Below, one piece after another: positions 18,775-33,445 of a DNA stretch of 64,000 nucleotides. The DNA is from the human T2T-CHM13v2.0 reference genome, Homo sapiens. The translations under genes and the position numbers were made by a program. The stretch is from the NCBI RefSeq assembly GCF_009914755.1, contig NC_060931.1. One strand, given 5' to 3'. Numbering within the stretch: position 1 is the stretch's first letter; every line of letters starts with the position of its first letter. The notes under the pieces are model-generated. The model was not told the origin of the DNA and did not search any database. It was given only the letters and a program-made list of their open reading frames with translations.

Positions 18775-19369
18775 AAAAATTATACCGTAGGCTTAAAATT
18801 ACCATTCATATTTATTGGACATTTATCATTCCAAATTATATTTTCATTTGGAGAAAACATACTAAATCTTTATTATAAATTATTTTGAGTAGTTGCAATT
18901 TTGATTAATATCTTACTCAGTTTATAATTTGCAGCTTATAATTCTTTAAAAAATATACTTTAATCTCTGTGATTAAGAACTTTTAAAGTTTACATGTGGG
19001 GACAATATTAACACATACAAAAATATGAAAATAGTAAAAATAATTAATTACTATAACCTATGACATAGATTCCAACATAATTTGTGTTACATTTGTTCAA
19101 ATTAAAACAATGCAAGAGATTTAAATAAGTTGAAGAAAGAATGCACATGATTCATATCTATATATGAGATCATTGCATATATATGTAATATATGTTTATT
19201 ATCTATGTAGCTAGATCTAGATATAGATCCATATTTAGAAGAATGACCCAACCTGAAGAATGGACTGATGGGGGCATGATAGGCAAGAAAAATTGGGCAA
19301 ATTTATGTTTTCTAGCTGTCTAGGCACTATTGAATTTAAAAAACTGGTAAAAATTTCCCAAGCTTGTAG

Positions 19370-19686
<317 letters not shown>

Positions 19687-21350
19687 TTATGTGTTATCAA
19701 TGTCGATGAGTAATACAAACAATCATAGTCAGTCTCTAAAAACTATGCAAGCAAATAAATAAACTGAATGGAAATATGCAGACATTAAAACATTACTTTG
19801 GACTACTTATTACATCCATATATGCATATGTACATACAAGTGTATAAATAAATTCTATATATATTTTATCTCATATATTTTAAGTAACATAAATATGCAT
19901 ATGACTTAATGTTACATGTTATATTTATAATCTCTTACCTATGCTCTTTTGTTTACAAATATTTAAACATCTAGATACACACAAAACTACAATGTATATT
20001 TTTGAAGAATAAAGAAACATTTAATTATCAGATTAACTAAAAGTTTCCCTGTTTTAATTTTAATTTCTGCTCTCCTCCTTACTTTTATTTTTATTTTTTA
20101 TAACACTACAGGGAACAAGGTTAAGGGTGGTTTGCCCCAAAGTGGTAGAAGAAAAGGACTTAAAAATGAATTTTACCTTTGAGTACCTTCTCTGTCTGAC
20201 TCATGGTTTTGCTTTAATGTCATTCTCTTCTAAGTTGTATCATCCTAGTGATATTGACATGTCCTTGAGTACACAGAAGCAAGAGGTATATGATTTTGAA
20301 AGAGAACATATTACATGTGTTTCATTCATTTCCAATTGTAAGCTATTTATCTGAGCTATGTTCTAGCTACAGAGCTACACGGCAAGAATGAGCAGCAGGA
20401 AGTGGGAAGTGGAAAGTCGAAAGAACTTAATTTGCTATTAACAGGTCATAAGAAAGGAGTACAAAAGAAAATGAAAAAGGCATTTGATACATTGTGAAGT
20501 CGTAACTCCTGAGAAGTTAAGGTAACTTCTAATATTATAATCATAACTCCAGAAATTCTTTATTACTAAATAAAACAAAAGCTACTTGGTAAAGAAATAT
20601 ATTTTAAGTCATCTTTATTTATGATCATGTATAAAGACACTATTCCTTACTTTAAAAAGAAAAGGTTATATTTTGTTAAACTTGAAATAATTTAGTCCCA
20701 AGGTCCTTTTAAAGGGTTGATTAAGAAAAACTTAGGAGCATGTTGAATATGGAATATCTACAAGCAAAGTCAAAGATGCTATTAGCTTTTGAGTTCAAAT
20801 AATTTCTATAAATTACTGCTATTATTCAAACTCAAAAAAAGTAGAAAAACTACATTTTGGCTTTGGCAAAATTAAAATATTGCAGATGTCATCATCTCAG
20901 AGCCATCATATACACCTAAAAATGCACATATTCAAATCTTGTCTCCTTTTTACAGGGTCACTTAAATAATGTATGATGGGATGATATTCTTACCTGTATT
21001 ATAATAATTATAATAAAAATAGAAGTTTCATTCTTTAAATTTTATGTCAGAATTTGAGTCATTGGACATTTGTCTTCACAGTAATATATAACAACATTTT
21101 AAAACCTTAGATTGTCAAAATGTAAACCAGGCCCAAATTTGATTGAAAACCAAATTAATTAATTTTTTTTGGTAAATAAACCAATGTATGATAAGATTTC
21201 CTATCTTTAAATTTATATTAAAGGGCATTAAATGATGGGCATCTGTTATGAGATGGTTTATTTGTACATATATATATACACACACACGTATTTGTACTTT
21301 ACTATATACTGTTATTATATCAAATACTAATTTGAAACCATATTTCTTTT

Positions 21351-21697
21351 TTATTTTTTTCTTTTTAATTATTATGGATACATAATAGTTGTACACATTG
21401 TGGGGTAAATGTGATGTTTTGATGCAAGTACACAATGTGTAATGATAAATCAGGGTAATTGGGATATCTATCACCTTAGGCATTCATCATTTTTTTTGTG
21501 TGTGTGTTAGGAACACTCCAATTCTACCCTATCAGTTGTTTTGAAATACACAATAAATTACTGTTAACTAAAGTCCTCCTATTGCTCTATCAATCACTAA
21601 ATCTTCTTCCTTTTATTTAATTGTCTTTTTGTTCCCATTAACCATTCCCTCTTCATATCTACCTCCCGACTATTCTTCCTAGCCTCTGGTAACCATC
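21351..21697 (-). mobile_element. Old L1 3' end (L1MA-type)
   Basis: tacataatagttgtacacattgtggggta...cagggtaattgggatatctatcacc...gcctctggtaaccatca; 14-bp TSD acca(t/g)atttctttt at 21337-21350 and 21698-21711 followed by TTTT/AA. Confidence 0.85.
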
Positions 21698-23149
21698 ACC
21701 AGATTTCTTTTAAAATTTGCTATATAATTGTATATCAATTCAAATAATACCAAAATAATGACTGACTCAGATAAGTAATAACCATGACTTTTAAGTAATA
21801 AAGACTTTTTATCTTAACATTTTATATAATCCATCCAAATATATAAAAACACTAAAGTTCAGAGAAGTTAAGTGACTATTCAATATCAAGATTCAAAGTT
21901 TTCAAATCTTTCCCATTAAATAATTTGGCTCTTTCCGTGATAACCTCTGTGGGTTACTGTTATATTTATTATAAGCTCATAGTTAACGATATAAAAGGCA
22001 TGATTCCATTCACAATAACAGCTAAATCTCAAGTGTCACTACTAATTATATTATGTTTCTTTTTGCTGACCTGTTTCAAGTCCAAATTTCTGCTTGGCTG
22101 GGCATCACTGATCATACAAGCAGTGGCCAAAAGTAGGTCTAAAAGCACTAATCATTTCAATGCAATTTCAGCTGGCCATATGTGTTTAATGCCTTTTGAT
22201 TTTTGAGTTTAATATGGAAGAACCATTTATAATTTTTCTACAGTTCTCTATTCCTTTCAAGTTGCTAAGAATTATTTATTTACTTATTTTCCTAATAATG
22301 CTTTCAAAAAGCTGATTATAAAGGCCAATGACTACCTGGCTATTGTTTTTACTTAGTCTTTGAAATTATTTTGAATGGTCAAATAGTTATAACAAAAAAT
22401 CATATTTATATTTTGTTTGAAAATAATTACGAAATATAGCAGGGGTGATAAAAATTACACAGTAGGAAAAATATGTCTAACTAGTGAATTGTAATTCTAT
22501 TCAAGGAGTATTACAAATTTACATTCAGAAACATCTGAAAATATAAAGGAGACCTATCAGTTTGTTCGACAGACTGTAAATTGAGAATAAATGAAAAAAA
22601 AATAGGTAAAATCATTTACAATGTAATCTGGTCACTCCAATGTTCCATAACATAAATCATAAAATAATTCCTATTCTATTTTGTTTAGAATGCCTAATGG
22701 CTAATTTGAACTTGCAAGTATTTGGGGGAAAAATGAATATAGTATATTAAATGTTAGCAAAATAAATGTGGTTGTTCTATGTGACATAAAAAGTTCTTTT
22801 AAAAAACGCAAAGCACTTTTTTATAGAGCTTCTTATTTTGTGGTTTTAAAAAATCAGCATTCCTGGAATTTGACCTTAATTTCCCATCATTTAAATGTAT
22901 GTTCCCTGATATGATATGTATTGGAAAGCTAGCTCTTGTTTATTTGAAGACACTGAAATATTGCTGATTCCAAGATAGTATGTGTAGGGAAAAATGGAAA
23001 ACTTAGCTTTACAGTTGATTACTAAAGAGCCACAACAATACCTATTTGCCTAAAATATCCTGTTGCTTAAGTCAAAATCTCTGACCTTGAACAAAATAAG
23101 GTAGGGATCTAATCACAATGGTAAGAGAATTTTTTTTTTCTTTATACAT

Positions 23150-23600
23150 ACATTTAGAAAGGGATCTCTTTCAAATAAAGAGGATATCTATGTAAAGTAA
23201 TACCTACCAAAGTGGATTTCTCAAGGAATGTTAAGCATAAGGGTCAAACATGAACATGTGTCAATATTAGTGAGGGTGGATGCTTCATTTGGAATGAGAT
23301 TTTTTTTTCTAACTGCATCAATGGACTGCATTGAAGTTTAGGAGGAGCAAAGGGAGGATGAGTGGGGGTGTCATAGGAAATGAGAACATAGATGTAGGAG
23401 GATATCATATTACACAGGGATTTGAAACTGACCATAAAATCGTAGACACTATTCTGGGAGAAAAAAAAAAGTAAACTAGTGGGCTGGATGAGGGCAATGA
23501 GTGAACACATATGGAAGTGAAAAACTGTAGTAAGACCAGGAGAAGAGAAATAATGATAGGAACTGAACTGAGGAATATCCTGAATCATACACTAAAGCTA
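23150..23600 (+). mobile_element. Probable L2 relic
   Basis: Purine-rich, L2-like text (gaaatgagaacatagatgtagg..attctgggag..gtaagaccaggagaag); too decayed to be sure. Confidence 0.35.
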
Positions 23601-24464
23601 TAAACTGTAGCACAACTGTAAATTTTAAAATGTTTATTTTTTTGCAAATAAAAATGTCTGTTAACATTTAACAGGGAAAATGATTAGAAACATGGAATTA
23701 ATTTGTTGAACTATTTATATAATAAAATTAATTTCCTCTAAAACACCCTTTATTTTATCCTAATTTTTTGATATCTTTCTTAACCTTTTAAAGTAAATGA
23801 AGCCAGCATTCTCCTCTAAACTTTTCTATCTTCCTTTTCCTTTTAAAAATAAATGAAGCAAAATGGAAAAGATGCATATGCATGGGTTGTCAGAAAGAAA
23901 AGTCTTGTTGTTAGTCAGAAGCTCTGACATACCCTCTTTTCTGGAAGACGGATGTACAACTGAACCTTAAATATATTGTCAACCCAGACTGTTTGGCTCC
24001 CACAATTTTCTTTTTGCCATTGTTGGACACATTGTAAGAGTTTCGGCTTCCAAAGATATGTAGCCACACAGAATCAGGGAAGGGGCCAGAATAATGCTAT
24101 TTTTTCTGCTCTTCTACCCCTGTTGCTATTATAACTTCTCTACGAGTGCTCTGTGTGATAAAGTCACAGAGCCAGAGCATATATGTCAAAGGCAGAAAGC
24201 CTGCTGCTGATGTGGCTACTACAATCACTACTACTGCTGTCAACCTTTGCCAGCACTCTCCCTGGTACATGCATTAAACCACAGCAGCACAAATTGAGAA
24301 CACAAGAAGATGCTGGGTCCTGTGCTCGTTCCTACAACAGTCTCTAGAATTAGCATACCTGGCTTTGAGTCCAGAATCTGCTGCTCTGTAGTTGTGTAAT
24401 CATGACCTTAATCTCCTTAAGGCTGTTTGTTCCTATGCGATGATAACATATACACTCTTTGCTA

Positions 24465-24790
24465 TTATTATTTTTAATATTTCATATTATATTTATATTT
24501 TATATATTATTATATTCATATATAATATGTATTATTATATTATATTTACATATAATATATTATTATATTATATTTATATATAATATATTATTATATTATA
24601 TTTACATATAATATATTATTATATTATATTTACATATAATATATTATTATATTATATTTATAATCCTCACAATTCTCACAAAAATAAAGAAAATAACTTG
24701 TGCTCCAGAGGGCACAACTCATATATATGTATATATATGGAATATATGTATATATATGGAACATCATATATATGTATACATATATATGTG
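24465..24790. repeat. AT-rich minisatellite (28-bp unit CATATAATATATTATTATATTATATTTA x4, 24549-24660) plus (TA)-rich flanks
   Basis: Period 28 seen at 24549, 24577, 24605, 24633. Confidence 0.9.
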
Positions 24791-25249
24791 TGTATATATA
24801 TATTTTTTTCCACACTCACCTTTCAAGTATTGGCTGTGATTACATCAGCTAGGTTTTTGCCCAGCTTTCTGATAGACTTCTTTGGTGCTCTATCCTTCTT
24901 TACCCAATTACTTCATCACATACTCCACTAAACTTTATAATGCATGCTTTCATCATGTTAAGTAGCTACTCAGTAATTCTCACAGCTCTCTCTTTTCATA
25001 TACATGATTTTCTTTCAAGAGTCTTCATAATTTGGCTTAATCCCAGTCATCAAATTTGTCTTTCTACTATTTTGTAATATTCGAAATGATTTGTAAAGAA
25101 CATTCTCTTTATTATGCAACAAAGATGGTACATTTGCTATTAATTCTATGTCTTTTTTGTTGTATTATTCCTAATGAAAATATTTACGTTGTTGCATCCA
25201 TTTATACAAATTCCAGGCCATTATCAGTAGCTTATCATAGTTACTGTAG

Positions 25250-25440
25250 TAAGAGGTTAGTACTCATAAGGATCTGAGTTCAAATCATGGCTCTGTGATT
25301 CATTAGAAGTGTGATTTTGTGTTATTTAACATTTTAATTCTCATTTTTCTCATCTATAAAATGCAAAAAGTCCCATCTGCCTGTTTAGAATGTTACAGGA
25401 ATTACACAAAATAACTTAATTGGCATAGTGTGTAGACATG
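25250..25440 (+). mobile_element. MIR relic
   Basis: ctgagttcaaatcatggctctg..gttatttaac..ttctcatctataaaatg. Confidence 0.6.
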
Positions 25441-26232
25441 GAGTCATTCATTTCTACAGCATTTGTTGTGATCCTACTTCATGCCAGGGGCTAGTGTTCT
25501 ACAGCTGGATAAGACAGATCCACCATTAGTCCTCTGGTGCTTACAGTATTGTAGGGAAGATCGGCATTAAACATAAACTTTCACAATATTCATGTAATTT
25601 TAATGAATATTCCTACAAGGATACTATCATATGAAAATATATGATGCTGATTGAACTTGGGGACTGGAAATGAAATAGAGATGGCTTCCCTAGAGGACAT
25701 CTAAGTAGAGATGTAGGGGAGTAAACAGAAGTTATGCCAAAATGTGTTTTGGTGTAACTCAATGTGCAGTAGTTGATTATTGTTATATTGGCATTGTTGT
25801 TACTACTACCTTCTTGAATCCTTTTCTGAACACTTCATTCCCATGAACTTCTGTTCTCTGAAAACCTATTGCACAGCATTTTATTCTTTTACTATTGTTG
25901 GCCTTCCTCTATGTTTTTGCATTTTGTTTTACTCTTATTCCACTTTGCCTTGCAGTTTTCTTCTCATTTGCTGAAATGATCCTATTCTTGTTTTGACTCT
26001 TTTTGGAACTAGCTCAAATACTCTTAGGCATAATTAAATATCCCTGTTTTAGGGATCTTGTAGCACTTTGTAAGTAACTGTATTATACCAGTCATTGCTC
26101 TATGTTACATTTATTTTTCCCCCAAATATGTAGTTCTGAGGGCGGGAAACATGTTAAATTTATCTTTTCATTATAAATCCACATGCTGTCATCACAAAAT
26201 AGAACAAAAAAGTGTTTATTGAAAGTATGCTT

Positions 26233-26559
<327 letters not shown>

Positions 26560-28842
26560 CTAAGTAAATTCTAAAAGTTACTTAAGGGGAAGATTCCTGT
26601 CTTAATTCAATTTTATTTATCATTATCATAATATTGTAAAAATGGTATGTGTGTGTCTATATGCTGGTTGATTGGGAATACATTTTTGACATCTATTTAA
26701 ATATGATAGAATCATTAATTAACATTTGACAATAAAATTTGACATATTCAGAAAACAATATGAAATGCATGATTCTATTTATTTTTCCACCTTCCTGCCT
26801 AACATTAAAACTACAAGAATATGAAATAGTAGTTGGAGAATTTAAAAATGCATAGGGTGCAATTTGATCTAGTTGATGTTTAAGTTACTTGCAGCCATGA
26901 TTAATACATGAAAGTATTCCTTTGTGAGTGAGAAGCCTCCCTTGTTGCTCAGAATGTTCTTTCATGTTAATGTTTTTTTTTCAGGATTTTAAACAGTGAG
27001 GGAGGGGGTTTTATTTGTTCAAAAAAGCAAAGTTATTTTCTTAACTTTTCAGAGCTTACAGTAAGAGTAAAAAAAAAAAGGCATTGAAGTAATAATTCTC
27101 CTAAGACACAATAATGAGTCAATTTAGAGCTGTTAGGAAGAAGAATGCCATTTGGTGAAAACGTATATGTAAACACTCATCTTGAGCACCACTTTGCAGC
27201 ATATTGTCAGAGGAGTAGTGCAAAATACTTCCCTTTAAAGAAGAATAGAAATCTCAAAATCTCACTTAGTTTAGTCATAACCGTTCTGTTTAGTAGTCTG
27301 TTTGCAGGAGAATATATGCTGTTGTATACGCACATATAATGCAACTAGTATAACTGGTACTAATTTTGCCATTTTCAAAATGAATGAAGTCCTATGCAAA
27401 TGCAAATATGTCAACAAGAGTAAGAATTTTCAACTACACAGGTAACAATCTACAAAATTTGTCAATTATTACCATATGAATAAATACCATATGGTAAATG
27501 TTATTTCATAGATAAAAAACAAGGAGTGTTAAAATTATTGATTTTAATGTAATTATGGGTTTGGAGTCAACCATATAAGTCTGTAGCCTTCAGTCATTTG
27601 ACTGAAATCATACACATCTAAATTACATAAACTTATGCTATAATTGCAAATTGTCTAAACATCTAATAAAAAATATAGTCATTCCTTCAAAGCAATTATT
27701 AGTATTTGGATAGTAAATCATTATAGGGCTTCTTTTATAAATTGATTGCTTTTTATAATTATACAATTCTAAAGGATTTTTATTTATATACACATTTGGT
27801 AAATATATGTATACAGATATACAACTTATAGACATGTACTGTGTATCACTTTATATACCTAGATTTATTATTAACTGAAAAGGAGCCTTTTGTACTATCA
27901 GACTAAATTTTAAAGGTTATGAACTGTGCTAAAGATGCAATATTGATTTGTAAACTTGATACATTTAATAACTATATAGAGACTAAAGTAGGACATTTAT
28001 AAAATTCATTCTTAGAAAAATATATTTTAAAATACTATTATTATATGATGGATGATTTGAAGTTAGATCTATTTTGTTATAGAAAATAAATTTGAAAAAT
28101 TATGCTCATGAAAATTTTAAAGATTTTGAAGTTTAATCCCATATATTCTCTGAGTAACAAAATAAGACAAAATATTATACAAGATAGTTTTCATTTTTTA
28201 TGTTGCAGTGGAGGAGTAATTTTATGCAGTCCCCAGATTTAAAGTTTGATTTGGAAAGAAGTTGGTAAGAACTTTTAAGTAAAACTATGTGGGTTTAGGT
28301 ACTAGGTAAGTGAGTTTTAATATTACATAGGAAAAATCAGCATGTGTATTTAATAAAAAGATGATAAATTTTCATTCAGAGAACTAATGACTGCTAGATA
28401 CACTCCCTCCTTTCTGTTTCTAAAACTTCTTTATGTATTGATCCTAAAATAATGGACAGGCAATACAATGTTTGCAGACGATTTGTCTAAAACTGTGCAA
28501 GAATAGCCTACTACATGGGAATAGCATGTTCTCTCTGCAAGGAGGAAAGAGTCAACCTAAATGCAAAAAAAACAAAACACAAGACCCACGTTGAACAAAT
28601 AATGCAAACAAGCATTAAAGCTTATGTGTGGAAGAAATGAAAATAAATAAAAGGGGAACCAAATGTATGCTTTTAACTAAGCAATTTTCTTTCTTTAAAA
28701 AACAAGAATATTATTTAATATTGATAATTTTAAAGTCATAATGATGTTGACACTGGTATCTATATTTATTTATTGAAATTAATAAATATTATCAAATATG
28801 TAAAATATTCCAGATACTACACTGTAGAAAATTGTGTAGGTT

Positions 28843-29135
28843 GGCCGGGCGTGGTGGCTCACGCCTGTAATCCTAGCACTTTGAGAGGCCGAGGCAGGTG
28901 GATCTCTTGAGGCCAGGGGTTCAAGACCAGCCTAGCCAACATGGTGAAATTCCATCTCTGCTAAAAATACAAAAATTAGCTGGGCGTGGTGGCTCATGCT
29001 TGTAATCCCAACTACTCAGGAGGCTGAGGCCAGAGAATCACTTGAACCCGGGAGACAGAGTTTGCAGTGAGCTGAGATCACGAGATCATGCCATTGCACT
29101 GTAGCCTGGGGAACAGAGTGAGACTCCAACTCAAA
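28843..29135 (+). mobile_element. AluS (Sx/Sz-like)
   Basis: Complete Alu body; 8-nt internal duplication gagatcacgagatcat; TSD aaattgtgtaggtt at 28829-28842 and 29440-29453. Confidence 0.93.
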
Positions 29136-29227
29136 ATGAAAGAAAGAAGGAAAGAAAGAGAAAGAAAGAAAGAAAGAAAAAGAAAGAAAGAAAGAAGGAA
29201 GGAAGGAAGGAAGGAAGGAAGGAAGGA

Positions 29228-29271
<44 letters not shown>

Positions 29272-29439
29272 AAAGAAAAGAAAGAAAAGAAAGAAGGAAG
29301 GAAGGAAAGAACGAAGGAAAGAGAAAAAGAAAGAAAAGAAAGAAAGAAAGAAAAAGAAAAAGAAAGGAAGGAAGGAAGGAAGAGAGAGAGAGAAAGAGGA
29401 GGGAAGGAAGGAAGAAAGGAAGAAAGGAAGGAAGGAAGG
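29136..29439 (+). repeat. Compound (GAAA)n/(GGAA)n polypurine microsatellite derived from the Alu tail
   Basis: ~300 nt almost pure purine, includes (GGAA)8 at 29197-29228 and ~(GAAA)10; lies inside the Alu TSD. Confidence 0.95.
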
Positions 29440-31634
29440 AAATTGTGTAGGTTAATATAAAGAATATTCTTTTACACAAAATATTTTATATTTCACATCT
29501 AACATAAAGAGTAAATGCCAAACTAAAATAGCACACACCTTATCAGGGCATGCTGGGTTAAGAATGTGGGTGGAGATTTAGAATGATAAATATTTACTGT
29601 CACAACCAGAAGCTATTCAGCCGAGTGCTTTACTAGGTTATCTACATTTGATCACAGTATTCCTTTGAGGTAAAACAATATAATTAAACTTCAGTCTAAC
29701 ACTGTGGATAATCCAAAGTGGTTTCTAAAAATTCAGTCAGGGTTAGAGAAAACTGTTTTAATTTGGCTCCAATTTTTAGAGACTATCTTCATGCTTTTCT
29801 CAAGATGAATATCCAGAAACTTAATGATGTATTAATAACCGTGAGTGAAGAGTTTAAATAGAGCCAGTTTGATGATAATGTTCTTTTTCTAACCTGCAAA
29901 GCACAGAATTCTGAGATGCTTTATTTAGAATCTAAATCAGTAAGTTATGAACAAATGAAATTCCATAATATTAAAATGTTATATTTTTTCCTAACAGATA
30001 TGCAGGTTGTATTTTTATATAAGTCTACACACTACACTAAATTCTGAATTCTAGGCAGAGTACCCTAAGAATACTCTATCAGTATCAGAGTATCAGAATA
30101 CTCTTGAGTATTAATGAATTAATGTTATACATGTGCCAAATGAATACGTGCTGTTCACATATATTTTTTAAAAGGCATTTTTTTAAATGCTCCCTCTAAA
30201 TCTTCTCAACCTTTGAAATACCTGATTGTTAAGCAGGTTGTGTCATCTCCTGCCAATTGAAATCTTGATGGAGGAAGATAAAAAGCAATTTTTTTACCCA
30301 AATAAAATTTACCATTATCCTCAGAGAGCTTTAATTTGAAACTCAAACAGTGGAGCATAGTTTTCTTGTAGTGCCACTTTCAGTGATTATCTTTTGAATG
30401 TCCGTGTGTACATACGAATGCCTTTGTTTCTACTTGTCTCCTTTGCACTCTCACTTTAAAACTCCCACTTCCTTCCTGTGCGGGGAAGAAAACTGCCGCT
30501 GAACATCACAACACTTTTCATATTTATTGCTTCCTGTGTGTCAGTTTCCAGGAATAAAATGTAAACTTTAACATAAACATGCTACTTTTTTTCAATGTGA
30601 TAAATGAGTGAAAAGATCTCCACAAAATTTTTGTGTCATACCTAATTCAGAATATCGAAGTTTGCAGACAAAGAATTTCTATTCTATTTTAAGCAAAGGG
30701 CATGAAATAAAAGTTAACAGATACTATTATCTAGCAAATTCCAGTATTAGCCAGATTGGTTTTACCAAAATAGATCTTGAGGTATATTTCTTATTTCCTC
30801 CTTCCCTCCATGCCTCCTTCTTCCCTCCTTTAATTGTGGATGTGCATAACCTCCAACTATTTCTTTGCTAACTTACTACATAAGGACTGTAACAGAAAAT
30901 AACTTTTACTTGCACTTCTGTGTAAATGTTATTATGAAGATTCATTTAAATTTATTTTCTGTTAGGTCATATGTATACAAGGGATAAGACAATTGTGTAA
31001 TACCAACCAAAAAAAAATCAAATGTGTTAAAATTACAGGATAATATTTGTTAATCAATATAGATTATTCCTGACATATATTTGATATATGTCAAATATAG
31101 AAAATGACTCGTATTGAAATATGGAGATACTACGTTTTATTTTTGAGAGACTCCTTTGGTGTTATTTAAGAATTCAAACTGGCTGGGGACATTTATTTCA
31201 TGTTCTAATTCTAATTTGCACCATGTAACTTTTTGCACAAGATAAACACAAAAATAACTAACACTTGAGAGATGAACAAATGGTCTTCAACAGTTCAGAG
31301 TGTTTATGTGATGTGACTCCTACATGCAGATATATATCCTACTTCAGACAAAGTCTCTAAGTACCATTACAGCACTTACCACAATATGTGTATTTATTTA
31401 CTCATCTGACTTTTTGCTGTGTTGCCATGAGAACATACATAATGGTAGACTACAATACAAGTCAGTGGAACTTGTTCTGAAGAAGTAATGCATGAATTGA
31501 GATCAGAAGGATGAGATGGATTTATTAAAGCAAATATCCAAGAGAAGATCTATCAACGCAACAAAAGCAATAAATGCAATGTCCTAGGAGAAGAGAGATG
31601 AGGAATGAAAAGGAACTGAAAGAACAAGACATAC

Positions 31635-31997
31635 AATGTAGTATATATATACATTATAAAATACTATGCAGCCATAAAAAGGAATGAGGTCATGTTCTTT
31701 GCAGGGACATGACTGGAGCTGAAAGCCATAATCCTCAGCAAACTAACACAGGAACAGAAAACCAGACACTGCATGTTCTCATTTATAAGTGGGAGTTGAA
31801 CAATGAGAATACATGGACGCAGGGAGGGGAACAACACCCATTTGTGCCTCTGGGGAGTTGGAAGGAGAGCATCAGGAAAAATAGCGAAGGCATGCTGGGC
31901 TTAATACTTAGGTGATAAGTGCAGCAAACCACCATGGCACATGTTTACCATGTAACAAACCTGCACATGCATCCTAGAACTTAAAAAAAAAAAAAAA
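31635..31997 (+). mobile_element. Truncated older L1PA 3' end (L1PA13-16-like)
   Basis: atactatgcagccataaaaaggaatgag...gcatcaggaaaaatagc...ctgggcttaatac...aaacctgcacat + A-tail. Confidence 0.85.
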
Positions 31998-33079
31998 GAA
32001 AGGATGCCAAGGTGGGAGGCACCAGGAACCAAAGGCCAATTTCTACAATTGCTAGGAAAAAAGGTAGGCAAAGGAATGTCTGTACACAAAGGCTACCAGG
32101 CTACCATTTGCCTTTTTTGAAGTTTGTTCTGGCTTTGATGTGGAAGTCTGACTGGATAGGGTAAGTCAGGCCAGAGAGGGGAGAGGTGGAGAGAGTGGGA
32201 TGTCAATTAAGATTGTTATTTCACGAAAAGGAACCATATGCCTTGGTGACGTTTACACTTCTGGTCTGCTGCCCAGGAGAAAAGTCCACTTAGTTCATTA
32301 CATACAGGCACCATCTTTGAGGCAAACGTCCTTCTTTCTATATTTTTAAATTACTTTCTCCCTACATCTAAGATCTTAAGTTTTTGCCTTTTTTTTTTTC
32401 CCATGTTATACTTGCACTGATCTTAAACAGGCTCTGCTTTCCTGAACTTAAAGTACGTATATTTTCAATAGCGTTCTTTTTATGTTATTATTTTAAAGAA
32501 ATTAAGGCCAATTCAAGGTTAAGGCTCCGCTGGCATTATTATATCTACTTGTATTCTAGAGCATTCATATGCATATAACGATGGGTGTTCTTATGAAAGA
32601 ATGTCACATATGTGCATGTCATCTGCTAGATATAAGATTGGGAACTGCAGCTATGGCATTCAAAATCTTAGAAAATACTATGTTACGTGATAGTGGAATC
32701 TATGTTTCTAACATCATAATATGACACCGATTCTAAAATAAAAAAAACCCACCACCGCTAACAACTAAAACACACTTTGCAACACAAAAACTCATAAACC
32801 TGAAAGTACATCAAATTTATTAATTGCCCGTTGAAATATTTTTGCTTTGAGTATTTGCTGTAGTTGAGAGATGGACAATGCCCAGGTAAATACATCTGTA
32901 TATAGAACTGATCCACTTCAAAGCAATCACCTTTCCCACAGCAGACATTTGTTTCCTTAAGTGGAAAACTGATAGAAGTCTACATTTACAGATATATATC
33001 CAAGCAGTCTAACATTAATTATATTGTTTATATAACACCTTCATAGTTTTGTCTAAGATATTGTCACCCACCATGAGTA

Positions 33080-33409
33080 AACATACACACTTACACACAC
33101 ACACACACAAAATATATACTGTATATAGGTAATTTATTTATAATTTATATAAATAAATATACTGTGGATCTCTCTATATATTGCATTATATATATTGCAT
33201 ATTATATATTGTATATATATTGCACATATCTCTCTATATATTGCTATATATAGCATTATATGTATAAAATGCAATTATATATTACATTATATATAAATAT
33301 ATGTTTATATATTATTATATACCATTATTATGTAGCATATATATGGCATTATATGTATATAATGCATTTATATATGGCATTATATATATTATATATATTT
33401 TATATTTTT

Positions 33410-33444
<35 letters not shown>

Positions 33445-33445
33445 T
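33080..33445. repeat. (CA)n followed by TA-rich low-complexity tract ending in (TA)n
   Basis: Directly visible; pure (AT)n at ~33419-33444. Confidence 0.85.

Noticed and set aside
20985-21030. Second possible recursive site TACAG|GTAAGA on the minus strand
   Set aside because: Strong donor but the upstream tract is mixed A/T rather than polypyrimidine.
23905-24345. GC-richer LTR-like segment
   Set aside because: Could not assign a family or termini confidently by eye; needs a Dfam search.
24549-24660. Regular 28-bp repeats resembling a CRISPR array
   Set aside because: Head-to-tail with no spacers, in human DNA; it is a minisatellite.
29078-29479. 120-133 aa K/E/R-rich and F/L/S-rich ORFs
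   Set aside because: Translations of the GAAA/GGAA microsatellite; stop-free only because of low complexity.
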